From positions 44,950,001 through 45,014,000 of the forward strand of contig NC_043006.1 in NCBI RefSeq assembly GCF_006345805.1: a DNA stretch of 64,000 bases. Direction: 5' to 3'. A model generated the notes under the pieces. It did no database searches. It was not told where the DNA came from and worked only from the letters and a program-made list of their open reading frames with translations. The translations under genes were made by a program, and so were the position numbers. Positions 52,081-64,000 of this stretch are shown here, one piece after another; the first letter of the stretch is position 1, and each line of letters begins with the position of its first letter. The stretch comes from Octopus sinensis. Lineage: Eukaryota.

Positions 52081-53456
52081 GGATGGAAGCGGGATGGACA
52101 ACATCGACGAGAGAAGGGCGACTGATATACATGGGCGACTGATATACATGGGCGACTGCTGGTCTTCCATAAACAACCTTGCCCGGACTTGTGCCTGGTA
52201 GAGGAACTCTCTAGGTGCAATCCCATGGGGGTCCTTCATAGATATACATATATAGAGAGAGAGAGGGTTCACGAAAAAAACAAAAGACGAAGACAAGTGG
52301 AGTACAAAACAAACAGATGTATTAGTTATATATATATAACAGATGTATTAGTTATATATATATATAAAGTATGTTTGAGAACTGTGTGGATTTTGTCTGA
52401 GGGGCTTTTTCCGAGGTGGGGGGGGGGCTTTTGTCCGGGGGTGTGTGTCCACGGGGAGACTTTTGTCCTAGGGGCTTTTGTCCTTGCGGGCTTTTGTCCT
52501 AGGTGGCTGTCGTCCTACACTCATATATATATATATACAGCTGTCTTTCTTTTTGTCACTCTTACTCGCTCTTTGTGTGTGGTGTGTGTGTGTGTGTGTG
52601 TGTGTGAGCGCGCGAGTACGTGTATCTAATTATAGCTTAAGGCCTGGCCTCATTAACAAAATATGTTTATGATATATGATGGTGGGAAACGGTAACCGGT
52701 AATAAAGTCACAGTGATAAAGTCAACATTTTGGCTAAGAAAAAAGTCACAATAAATTTATGGGATCGGACAAAACCCCCATAGAAAAAAAACCCTTGGAC
52801 ACCCCTCCCCCCGCGGACAAGACCCCTGTGATTTTCTTTCCTGTGACTTTATTACCGTGACTTTATTTCCTGTGCCTTTTTTTTACCTGTGACTTATTTA
52901 CCTGCATTCTAGATTACATCCAGAGGTCATTCGAATGATTCTGGGAGTCAATGCTAGCAACACTTAACTTGTTTTACCGAAAAGTAACTTTCACATTTAT
53001 AAATAGTGACCCTTAGAAACTGTTTTTTGAGTTATTTGTATCTTTAAAAAGCATTTTGACCTTGAAACACGACGATAATTAGTCTCTTTCTACATTCTTA
53101 TTGGTAATTACCTACTTACAATTCTTAAAGGGAATTCAAAAAGGGTAACATGGAATTTCAAGAGAACATACATACCTTATGCATTTTTATTTATATAATT
53201 TACTAAAGAAGATATTCTTTAATCAAAGAGCTTGTGTATGTCACAATATCTCAATAGGAAATACTTTAAATTCCATTTGAACAGAAACCGCTTTTTTTTT
53301 CTTTTACCTCTGCTTCGTTCTTCGTTGTTCTTCTCTACTCTTACACTGGTAATTCATAGTTAAGTAGAAATAGATTTCATTTGATACCCACTTCTTTAAT
53401 AAAAAAAAGGCTAGGTCATGGTTCCAGTAGATATAATTATGGGTTCATTGATATAT

Positions 53457-53501
<45 letters not shown>

Positions 53502-53594
53502 GTATATATATATATATATGTTTGCATGTGTGTGTGTGCGTGCGTATATATATATATAAATATATGAGTATATGTATATTTCATTTGATACCCA

Positions 53595-53700
<106 letters not shown>

Positions 53701-53710
53701 TATATATATA

Positions 53711-54733
53711 CTAGCAGTATCGCCCGGCGTTGCTCGGGTTTGTAAGGGAAATAACTATATAAGCATTTTTAGAGAGTTACTTCCCTTATAAATTCGGGCT
53801 TTCTTAGCCATTTTTGTTTTGGTGTCTTCAAGCCATGAAGTCGTTGTTCTAAAAGAACGCTGGTTTCCTTCACAACGCATTACGACGTTGATTTCTTTAC
53901 ACTCCCTCCCTACAGCTTCACGAGGAGGGAAGGGGGGGAAGCAAACAGGTGCAGCTGTGAGCGTTGACGCCAACTCCGCCGCCATCGACATACGATGCAT
54001 TTTATGCATTAAAATGGAATAAAAAATGATGTTAAATTATTTTTAAAATCGTAGACTCATCGTTGACGCGCGCTAATAGTCAGACGGGCTCGATATGAAT
54101 CACGACTATAAGATACCCGAATTTGGTTAAACTGCACCGCAAAATGTGGGAGGAGTTAGGAATCTAAATCGGAGGGGACAGACACTCACACAACTAGAGT
54201 TTTATATATATAGACTAGCAGTATCGCCCGGCGTTGCTCGGGTTTGTAAGGGAAATAACTATATAAGCATTTTTAGAGAGTTACTTCCCTTATAGATGCC
54301 AATTCGGGCTTTCTTAGCCATTTCTGTTTTGGTGTCTTCAAGCCATGAAGTCGTTGTTCTAAAAGAACGCTGGTCTCATTGACAACGCATTACGACGTTG
54401 ATTTCCTTACACTCCCTTCCCCACAGCTTCACGAGGGAGGGAAGAAGGGGGAGAAGCAAACACAGGTGCAGGTGTTTGAGCGTGGACGCCAACTCCGCCG
54501 CCATCGACACACGATGCATTTTATGCATTAAAATGGAATAAAAAATGATGTTAAATTATTTTTAAAATCGTAGACTCATCGTTGACGCGCGCTAATAGTC
54601 AGACGGGCTCGATATTAATCACGACTATAAGATACCCGAATTTGGTTAAACTGCACCGCAAAATGTGGGAGGAGTTAGGAATCTAAATCGAAGGGGACAG
54701 ACACTCACACAACTAGAGTTTTATATATATAGA
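53711..54733 (-). mobile_element. Head-to-tail dimer of a non-autonomous Helitron (504 + 519 bp)
   Basis: Minus strand A|TC...CTAG|TC...CTAG|T; each unit has the cccgagcaacgccggg hairpin. Confidence 0.9.
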
Positions 54734-55030
54734 TATATTACATGGATGTTAATATTTCCCACCAAGATATTGTGATTGTTCAAGTACTTCAGTTTTTATA
54801 TGTTGATTGCTGACAGTTATCAACGGTTTCTCCTATTATTTTAACGCGTCATTAATAAAAGTGTCAGCATTTCACACGACACGTGTAAGCTAGTTGAACA
54901 ATAAAGTAGAATAAAATTAGCGTTAAGGGAGTGGGAAAAGCGATACTTATCGATGACGAAAGACATTTTGACATTTACTATTTTAATTACTCACTGATTC
55001 ATATATATATACATATATACACACACACAC

Positions 55031-55539
<509 letters not shown>

Positions 55540-55547
55540 ATATTATA

Positions 55548-55718
55548 TGGGAAAGTTTACGAAAAAACAATAGACGAAGACAGGTGGTGTACAAAGCAAA
55601 CAGATGTATTTGTATAACGCTCAGGAATAGAAAAAGTCTTTTACGTTTCGAGCCTACGCTCTTCTACAAAAAGGTACACAGAAAAAACAAGGAGAGAAAA
55701 AAATGTGTGTAGTGGCTG
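55548..55718 (-). mobile_element. Family E element with hammerhead-like motif at 55635-55675
   Basis: Minus strand ctttttgtagaa-gagc-gtag-gctc-gaaa-cgta-aaaga. Confidence 0.65.
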
Positions 55719-55809
55719 TATATATATATATATATATAATATATATATATATACATACACAAACATATATTTCCGGTGAGTAGACTTACAAATCTATTTC
55801 GTCATTAAA

Positions 55810-57904
55810 ATGGCTAGTGTTCCTCCAGTCAAGAGAAAAAGGAAACTGAACGAAGGGCGAGTGTTTTAAGAAAAAAGGGGAATTACAGTATTTTTGCAAA
55901 ATGGTGAATGGAAAGATACATTGTTTAATCTGTAACAGCAGCATTACCACGTCGAAAGAGTACAACTTGAAAAGACATTATGAAACGAACCATCGACCTT
56001 ACGATAAATATGAAGGTCCAATGTGTATTTCAAGACACAAAGAATTGAAGGCTAACTTGACACAGCAACAGATCTGTTTCACGAAAAATCAGAAAGGGAG
56101 TGTCGCTTCCGTTACTGCAAGCTATGAACTCAGCCGAATGATCGCCATGAATGGGAAATCTTACAGTGAAGGAGATTTCGTAAAGCAATGCCTTGTAAAA
56201 ATGGCTGAAATTGTGTGTCCAGAGAAAGCACACTTAACAAAGATATTTCATTAACCAGGAACAATGTTGCTGGACGGATTGGTGAACAGTCTGGTGATTT
56301 GAAACAACAGTTGAAGGCCGCATAATCAAAATTTGAACATTTTTCTATTGCTATTGATGAGACCGTTGACATTACTGGAATAGCACAGCTTGCGGTCTTC
56401 ATCGGGCCTGTGAGAGTGAATTTAATATTTATGAAGAACTGATTGAACTCATCCCCATGCATGACACTACAACAAGTCAGGACATCTTTGAGAAAGTTAA
56501 ACAGGTTCTGGACGACTATGGTTTTGATTTGAGTAAAATTGCATGCTTATCTACCGACGGTGCTGCAAATATGGTTGGCAAACATAATAGTGTTGCTGAC
56601 AAGTTACGAACAAAAATTGACAATTCTCATCCAGATTCATCATTTTCACTGTATTATTCATTAGCAAAATTTGTGTTCAAAGATTTTTAAATTGGATCAT
56701 GTGCTTAGCTTGGTCACAAAGACAGTGGACTATACCAGAGTCCGTGGTCTCAACCACCGTCAATTCAGCCAGTTGTTGGAAGGTATGGATAAACAGTTCA
56801 CCGATGTTCCATTCTACACAGAATTCTGCTAGTTGTCATACTACAAAGTGTTGAAAATATTTTATTTGTTGAGACAAGAAATAATTATGCTTTGGGAGAT
56901 GAAATGTCAAAACACAGATGAAATAAAAAATGAGAGTTAGCTCTAGGATTTAGCTTTTGCTGTGGACATTACTGGACAATTAACTGATCTCAGTTTAAAA
57001 TTACTAGGTAAAAACAAACTCACCACTTAGTTGTATGATGACATTAAGTGTTTCATTACAAAATTAAGCTTATGGAAATCGCAGTTGTCAAATGAAATTT
57101 TAGTTCATTTTCTTAAGTGCAAAGAGCTGAAAAACAGAATGTCAATCACCTGGAATTGTTGTCAATGGAAGTTCAGGCAAGATTTCTTGATTTCTCATCT
57201 TTTGAACATTCATTTGCATTATTCTAAGCACTATTCACCTTTGATGTTGCTAAGACAGAAGAAAGCCTGAAGATGGAACTATTAGAAATGCAGTCGAAGT
57301 ATTCACACAGAGCAAAGTATTACGAAATGGGGATACCTGGCTTCTTTTCATACCTTCCTGATAACTTTAAAAGCTTCAGAGAGTCTGCCACAAGGATTAC
57401 AGCAATGTTAGGTTCTACCTTTGTGTGTGAACAGTTATTTTCCTCCATGAAATCAGCAAAAACTTCTCAGAGAACAAGTATGACTGATCAACACTTGTCA
57501 TCTCTGATTAAAATCGGAACCGCACAGACATTTCAGCCAGGCATAACAAAAATTGTCAGTAAAAAGAGGCGCCAAGCCTCAGGACAAAACACTAAAAATG
57601 TTTGAATAGGCGTAAATAAATGTTCATTTTGAACTATTGTAATTTTTGTACAATGTATTTGTTGCTGTTGGATTCAAATCTATGTTACCATTTAAAATTT
57701 CGTTTTTTCTTTTGTTAAACTACTTCATTACTTTGCATTCTTAAATGTGGCAAAACCATATGTTTCTAAGTTTAGGTAAGAAAAATATTGCGGAATAATT
57801 TTTATTAAATGACTTCACTTAAAATTGAAGCGAATACAGCCCTCATGACAACACACAAACTTGACCCATATGGCCCTCGAGGGCACCTCCGTTTGACATG
57901 CCTG
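55810..57904 (+). mobile_element. Degenerate hAT transposon (Buster/SPIN/GTF2IRD2-like)
   Basis: BED-like CLIC..KEYNLKRHYETNH, DET.D, TDGAANMVG, C-terminal AMLGSTFVCEQLFSSMK; many stops. Right TIR gtttgacatgcctg ends at 57904; left TIR not found. Confidence 0.9.
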
Positions 57905-57979
57905 GTGTATACGATATATAACAATATATTAAATATATAATATACATATATGTGTGTGTGCGTGTGCGCGTGTGTGTAT

Positions 57980-58012
<33 letters not shown>

Positions 58013-58088
58013 TATATATACACACATATACCAGTGAAATTTGGGATTTATTAATCCCTAATGTAGACACGACGTTCTTGAAATGACC

Positions 58089-58126
<38 letters not shown>

Positions 58127-58454
58127 ACGTTTATGTATGCGTGCGTATACATGTATATGTATGCATTCATGTATGTATATAAATCTGCAAACAGACGCAA
58201 AGTGAAGGAGGGTTGTAGAGTAGAAACTAAAGTAGACTGTCGCCTAATTGTCACGCAATTTTGAACACAGTTCATAACATGCATTTGGGTCAGTTTGTCA
58301 CCCCTCACCATGGCCAAGCCTATCTCAACAATAAAGAGCTTACCCACGTCACATTTCTAACCACATACACAAAGTCAACAAATATACGATGCAGCGCTTT
58401 CTGGATTCTAACATCTCTACACGTAACAACTAATTATTCCAGCTTGCCAGGCTT

Positions 58455-58760
58455 GTATTCCTAATACCTATTTCTTTACTACCCACAAGGGGCTAAACAC
58501 AGAGGGGACAAGCAAACGGATTAAGTCGATTACATCGACCCCAGTGCGTAATTGGTACTTAATTTATTGACCCCGAAAGGATGAAAGGCAAAGTCGACCT
58601 CGGCGGAATTTGAACTCATAACGTAACGGCAGCCGAAATACCGCAAAGCATTTCGCCCGACGTGCTAACGATTCTGCCAGCTCGCCGCCTTCGAGAACGT
58701 AAAGGCAGACGAAATACGGCTACGCATTTCGCCCGGCGTGCTAACGTTTCTGCTAGCTAC
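58455..58760 (-). mobile_element. SINE family A: head + 1 unit, plus a second head fragment
   Basis: Same motifs as other family A copies. Confidence 0.8.
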
Positions 58761-59737
58761 CTGTCGACAGAAGGTTTTATTTTGGAACCTTCGAATTTAA
58801 ACCGTCACCTATAGATCCATTTAATTCTATGGGTAATTTTCCACTGCAATCCTGACCTTCCGTACACTTGACATTCCTAAAACATACCAATTAATAATTT
58901 CTTTTCATTTCTTATTCATAACGCCGTCTGCACAAATTTAAGGTTTGGCTCTAGATCCAGGTGTAATATAAAAAAAATGCAGTCTTTACAAAGTGTAATA
59001 TAAAAAAGGCAGTCTTTACAAAGCATAACACACAAAAAAATAAAAAAAAAACAGAAAGAAAGAAAAGAAACTATATGTATAATTGTATATTTATATTACT
59101 TGTTTACAAGACTACAAAAAGTATAAACCAACCACTAAAGAGAAATCCCAATCGTCATATCTACAATAAAAATCTATGCAATTTAGCCTTTCGGCCTCCT
59201 TCACCTCTGCCTCATTACTACTACTACTACTACTACTACTACTATTGCTGCTGCTGCTGCTACTACTGTTGCTACTAATGCTGCTGCTGCTGAAGCTGCT
59301 ACTATTATTACTATTTCTGATGATGATGATGGTGGTGGTGGTGGTGGTGATGATGATGATGATAATGATGATGATGATGATGACGACGACGACGATAACT
59401 GCGACGGTGACCAGCATAACGGTCGGCTATTAACTTCCTGAGTTCAACTCTTCACAGGTATCAACTTAACCTTTCATATTTTCGGTGTCAATAAAATGTA
59501 GTACTGGGGGGTTAATGAGGTCAACTAGCCAGTACCCATTAAAAAATTGCTGACCTAGTGATTAAAATATGAGGCATTATTAGAGCTGGGTGAATTTATT
59601 CCGGCTTTTTACATTTTGAGTTCAAATTCCTCCAACGTTAGCTTTGCCTTTCAATCCAGCACTAGGACTCGAGTCGAGTGAATCGATGAACCCATCCCCC
59701 ACAAAAGTTGTTAGGTTTGTGCTTAAATTAAGAGCCA

Positions 59738-59830
59738 TTATTATTTGCTGGATATGAACTTATAAACTTGAAAATAAAATCCAAGTCAAATATTCAGCCG
59801 GGAAGAGATTGCGTTTCTCGACTGAGTCAG

Positions 59831-59919
<89 letters not shown>

Positions 59920-60006
59920 TATTTGCTGGATATGAACTCATAAACTTGAAATAAAATCCAAGTCAAGTATTCAGCCGGGAAGAGATTGCGTTTCTCGACT
60001 GAGTCA

Positions 60007-60082
<76 letters not shown>
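59738..60082. repeat. Tandem duplication of ~90 bp unique sequence + (TATC)n
   Basis: attatttgctggatatgaac...gactgagtca + (TATC)n occurs twice. Confidence 0.9.
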
Positions 60083-60084
<2 letters not shown>

Positions 60085-60800
60085 ATATATTAATCTGTCT
60101 ATTTTTATTTCTCTTACTTTTCTCTCTGTTCACCTCACCCATTTCACTCTCACTACTTAACTTGTTTAAAAATTATTTTCAAAATATTTGTTTTCTCTTT
60201 TACTTTTAGATTTTTTTCTGCTAAAAATTCCCACCCTTTGACATCGAATACAATAGGAACCTTACACAAAGCGCAAAGCTATTCAGGAGATAAAGCTCTT
60301 TAGTAGTGTTGAGTTGTTATGTGCTTTTAAGCAAATTTGAATATATGTGGGTTAATACGATGTTTGAAGTTATATGTTCGGGTTCCTTGATCTCTGAATT
60401 TAAATCCTGCCGAAGTCAACTTTGCCTCTCAGCCTTTCAGGGTCGATAAATAAAATGTCAGTCCAGATCTGAAATCAATTATTCTTCTCTCTATCATTTC
60501 TAGAAGTAGTCGGTCGAGTTCAAACCTGGAAAAGGATGGTCTTGTCTAAAATACCGAAGACAAGCCGTACATCACGATGGGCCCCTTACTATTACATCAG
60601 GAGTTGAGGAACCCCAAGGAAAGAAGAAATCTATACTAATAGCGATAGACATGATTGGTAATATTATTTTCAAATTTTCGCCGAAGACTATCAAGCTCAG
60701 GTGAGGAGGTAGGTCGATTAGATCGTCCTCAGTAATCAACTGATACTTATTTTATCGATCACTAATGGATGAAAGGCAAAGTCAACCTCGGCAGTATTTG

Positions 60801-60884
<84 letters not shown>

Positions 60885-60947
60885 AAAGGTAATGTAAATA
60901 AAAAAACTACAACACATATCAATTCGGCATTTAATCTCCTTCCATTT

Positions 60948-62690
60948 AAGGTTTAAGAAGTGTGTCAAAGAAATTGCTGAGGCGGTGAGTTTCACATGCT
61001 GGGCCTGCTATTATCGGTCTGAGTTTAAGGTCATTTGGTGAAGGGATTTTGATGAGTATATCGGAAGATGTTTTGCATGTTTCACTAATTATTTGGCTTT
61101 TGTGGACTTTAGGGATACCGTAGAACAAACTTGATTTGCACTTGAAGTTAGTGATGTATTCATACTCCTTGACCGTGAGTCCTTCTCGGTATGTGTTGAT
61201 TAATGTCCTGAGGTTATACATTATTTTTGGCTGATTATACTGTTGGGCCCTTTCATAATACGCACCTTTCCTAAAGCACATCAAAAGCTATGTAAGAGAC
61301 GATATAGACATGCTTAACCACCTCCCTAAAACAGTCAATGAGAAAACCCTTCTAGTATCCTTCGACGTAATTAACCTTTATTCAAACATCCCTCGCACCC
61401 TAGGAATAGAAGCGATCACTTTCTGGCTAAATAACTACTCCTTTGAACTCCCAACTCGCATAAATAAAGAACTTATAATAGAAGGACTTAGATTTATTTT
61501 AGAAAACAATTACTTTATTTTTGACAATAATTTCTACAGACAAAGATCGGGAACAGCGATGGGCACGCGTACTTAATTTACGTCTTAACATGCGCAGGCT
61601 GCAATATGCAGTATATAGGCCATACAAAAAATAGCTTACGTAAAAGGATGGTGGTGCATAAATCCCAAATTAGAAACCCTGAATACCGGAAAATACTGGT
61701 CAGCGGACACATAGATAGATGTGCTACAAATGAAAATCCGAAATTTACAACTTACCCACTTTATAAATTCAGTGACAGCGTAACCTTCACCCAACGCCAA
61801 AATAAAGAACTTTATTTCATCAAAAAATTTAGACCAAGTTTGAACACCCTGGGCCAGGAATATTAAAACAAAACATTGGTCTTCCGAAAAGGAAAAATGA
61901 AATTCTACCACAATTACAATTGTGGAATTACAATTTCTCAGATCTTTAAACAGTCACTCCCGCTTGCAGTGGTATGTCTTAGGGAAAAATGAATTTATAA
62001 AGAAATTTTTTTCTGCGAGCAGATCTGATTTTGATGACGTTTTTCTTCCGTGGTCAAGCTTGTCGTTCTGCTTGGTTGGTTTCCTTACAGGATACAGTTA
62101 TGGGTCAGAGCTGATTTTGATTCGTTAAAAAATTGATGACGTTTTTCTTCTGTGGTCAATCTTGTCGTTCTACTTGGTTGGTTTCCTTACAGGATACAGT
62201 TGGGGGTCTTTACCTTGTATTCGTTGAAGTTTGGTTTTGATTGCTTTGGAATTATGTGACGTCAGTGAACAGTGCCAGTGAACCCACCACTTTTGCTGCT
62301 ACGATCAACAGTCCTCTACTACTAACCCCAACCACCACCAAGGTTGCCAAAATTACGACCAACAATCACTACTGTTGCTACCATTGGAACACAAGGTAAC
62401 AAAAAAGTGGTTCCTTTTAATACCAGCAAGAAACAATAATGGACTTCTTCAATACACTCAACAGCAATATAGCGATTATACCAACTACCGACAAAACACC
62501 ACCACATGGATTCTATTGAGAACAGTGAGAAATGATTATGAACTTTTCAATTTTCACTTTGTATAATATTTTTGATAAGGTTCGTTTTTTCAAGAACCGA
62601 AACATGTAAAATTCATAAGAAAATTAAAATTTATCTAATATAGTGGCGTTTTCAAACTTCTTTTTTACAAATATATACCCACTCGTATAC
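60948..62690 (+). mobile_element. Penelope-like element: RT fragment with inverted 5' part, internal deletion, GIY-YIG endonuclease, pLTR-like 3' region
   Basis: Minus 60948-61263: FYGIPKVHK..LRPII..HRLSNFFDTLLKP. Plus: FLKHIKSY..SFDVINLYSNIP..GTAMG, then LIYVLTCAGCNMQYIGHT..R..H. Confidence 0.92.
62562..62617 (+). ncRNA. Minimal type-I hammerhead ribozyme motif, U3-A8 core variant
   Basis: attt-TTGATAA-ggttc-(10 nt)-gaacc-GAAA-catg-TA-aaat; palindromic ACATGT stem III; lies at the 3' end of the PLE. Confidence 0.72.
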
Positions 62691-62692
62691 GA

Positions 62693-62700
62693 TCTACTCT

Positions 62701-62784
<84 letters not shown>

Positions 62785-63131
62785 GGCAAAATGTCTGTGT
62801 GTGTGTCCTTTATACAAATCCACCATTGTTCAGTTAGAGGGCTCGCACTTTCTATGGTTATTCAAAACCACCCACGGGTGGTCGTGCACATCTTTACATT
62901 TCCCCAGTCACCCCGTAAAGCCATTAAAAAATCAATAGAAGTGATTTTTCTGTTAATTTTCTATCCAAAACCCAATCAAAATGCCCGAATATTGATACGC
63001 CAATTGAATGCCATCTAGCTGTATGTGATTGGTCGGAGATTTGGGCAGTACTCGCGTGTATGTGCGCACGCACGCAGCGGTATATGCATGGACTAGCACT
63101 ATGACCCGGCAACGCCGGCTCATAGTGCTAG
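62693..63131 (+). mobile_element. Non-autonomous Helitron
   Basis: A|TC start, (TA)n, 3' hairpin and CTAG|T end. Confidence 0.8.
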
Positions 63132-63147
63132 TATATATATATTTCAT

Positions 63148-63470
63148 GGTTCGAGTTGATCTGATCAAAGGAGCAGACTTCTTGTGAAATTAACGTGCAA
63201 GTGGCTGAGCACTCCACAGACACGTGTATCCTTAATGTAGTTCTCGGGGAGATTCGGCGTAATACAGAGTGTGAGAAGGCTGTCCCCTTTGAAATACAGG
63301 TACAACAAAAACAGGAAGAAAGAGTGAAAGTTGCGGTGAAAGAGTACAGCAGGGTTCGCCCCGCCCCCACACACCGCCGGTGCCTCGTCTAGGAATTGAA
63401 ATCACGATCCTACGACCGCGAGTCCGCGAGTCCGCGAGTCCGCTGCCCTAACCACTGGGTCATAGCGCTT

Positions 63471-63472
<2 letters not shown>
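63148..63472 (-). mobile_element. SINE family B, 3'-truncated
   Basis: Reverse complement of the 9712-10093 head and body. Confidence 0.85.
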
Positions 63473-63511
<39 letters not shown>

Positions 63512-63758
63512 ACACACACACACATACACACATACACACACACACATTTACACACACACACATACACATAATATATATATATTGGTTTTGGGAGTGGGTT
63601 AAGTCGATTACATTGACCTCAGTATTCAAGTGTACTTATTTTATCGATTCCCGCAAAGTTGATCTCGGCGGAATTCGAATTCAGAATGTAAAGACGTACG
63701 AAATAACGCTGAACATTTTTCCCGGTGTGGTCACCATTCTGCCAGCTCGCCTCCTATA

Positions 63759-63759
<1 letters not shown>

Positions 63760-63795
<36 letters not shown>

Positions 63796-64000
63796 GTGTA
63801 TGTGTATGTTTGTGTGTCTGTGTTTGTCCCCCACCATCGCTTAACAACCGTTGTTGGTGTGTTTACGTCCCCGTAACGTATCGGTTCGGCAAAAGAGACC
63901 GATAGAATAAGAACTTGGCGTAAAAAGAATAAGTCCTGGCATCGATTTGTTCGATTAAAGGCAAGGCGGTGCTCCAGCATAGCCGCAGGAAATAAAGACG
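63760..64000 (+). mobile_element. 3' part of CORE-type SINE family C
   Basis: (TG)n then ggtgtgtttacgtccccgtaac..gaccgatagaataag..gctccagcatagccgcag. Confidence 0.75.

Noticed and set aside
59200-59410. Poly-Ser/Leu/Met ORFs over compound CTA/CTG/GTG/ATG/ACG repeats
   Set aside because: Compound trinucleotide microsatellite only.

Overview
Eukaryotic genomic DNA: AT-rich, very microsatellite- and transposon-dense. The repeat families and overall style point to a coleoid cephalopod, most likely Octopus (inference). The only host gene I can support is the 5' part of a minus-strand SLC6 Na+/Cl- monoamine transporter of the catecholamine/phenolamine type (DAT/NET/octopamine-transporter-like). 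It has three in-frame coding exons (37073-37490, 13506-13637, 5119-5359), introns of 23.4 kb and 8.1 kb, and covers the N-terminus through TM1-TM3 and EL2; the middle exon is missing from the ORF track in its true frame. The rest is intronic or upstream DNA filled with several SINE families, (TAA)n-embedded R4/Dong LINE fragments, an RTE LINE, a Penelope-like element, Tc1/mariner, pogo, hAT and Helitron elements, and many palindromes. Best leads: (1) hammerhead-ribozyme motifs in Penelope-related elements, one with a compensatory U3-A8 core; (2) a headless ~555-bp retroposon found only inside (AAT)n tracts beside R4/Dong relics; (3) a SINE with a variable number of internal B-box-bearing units; (4) 5'-inverted insertions of an RTE and a PLE; (5) large inverted repeats. 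No CRISPR, rRNA or true tRNA gene was found. TE boundaries are approximate unless TIRs or TSDs are quoted.
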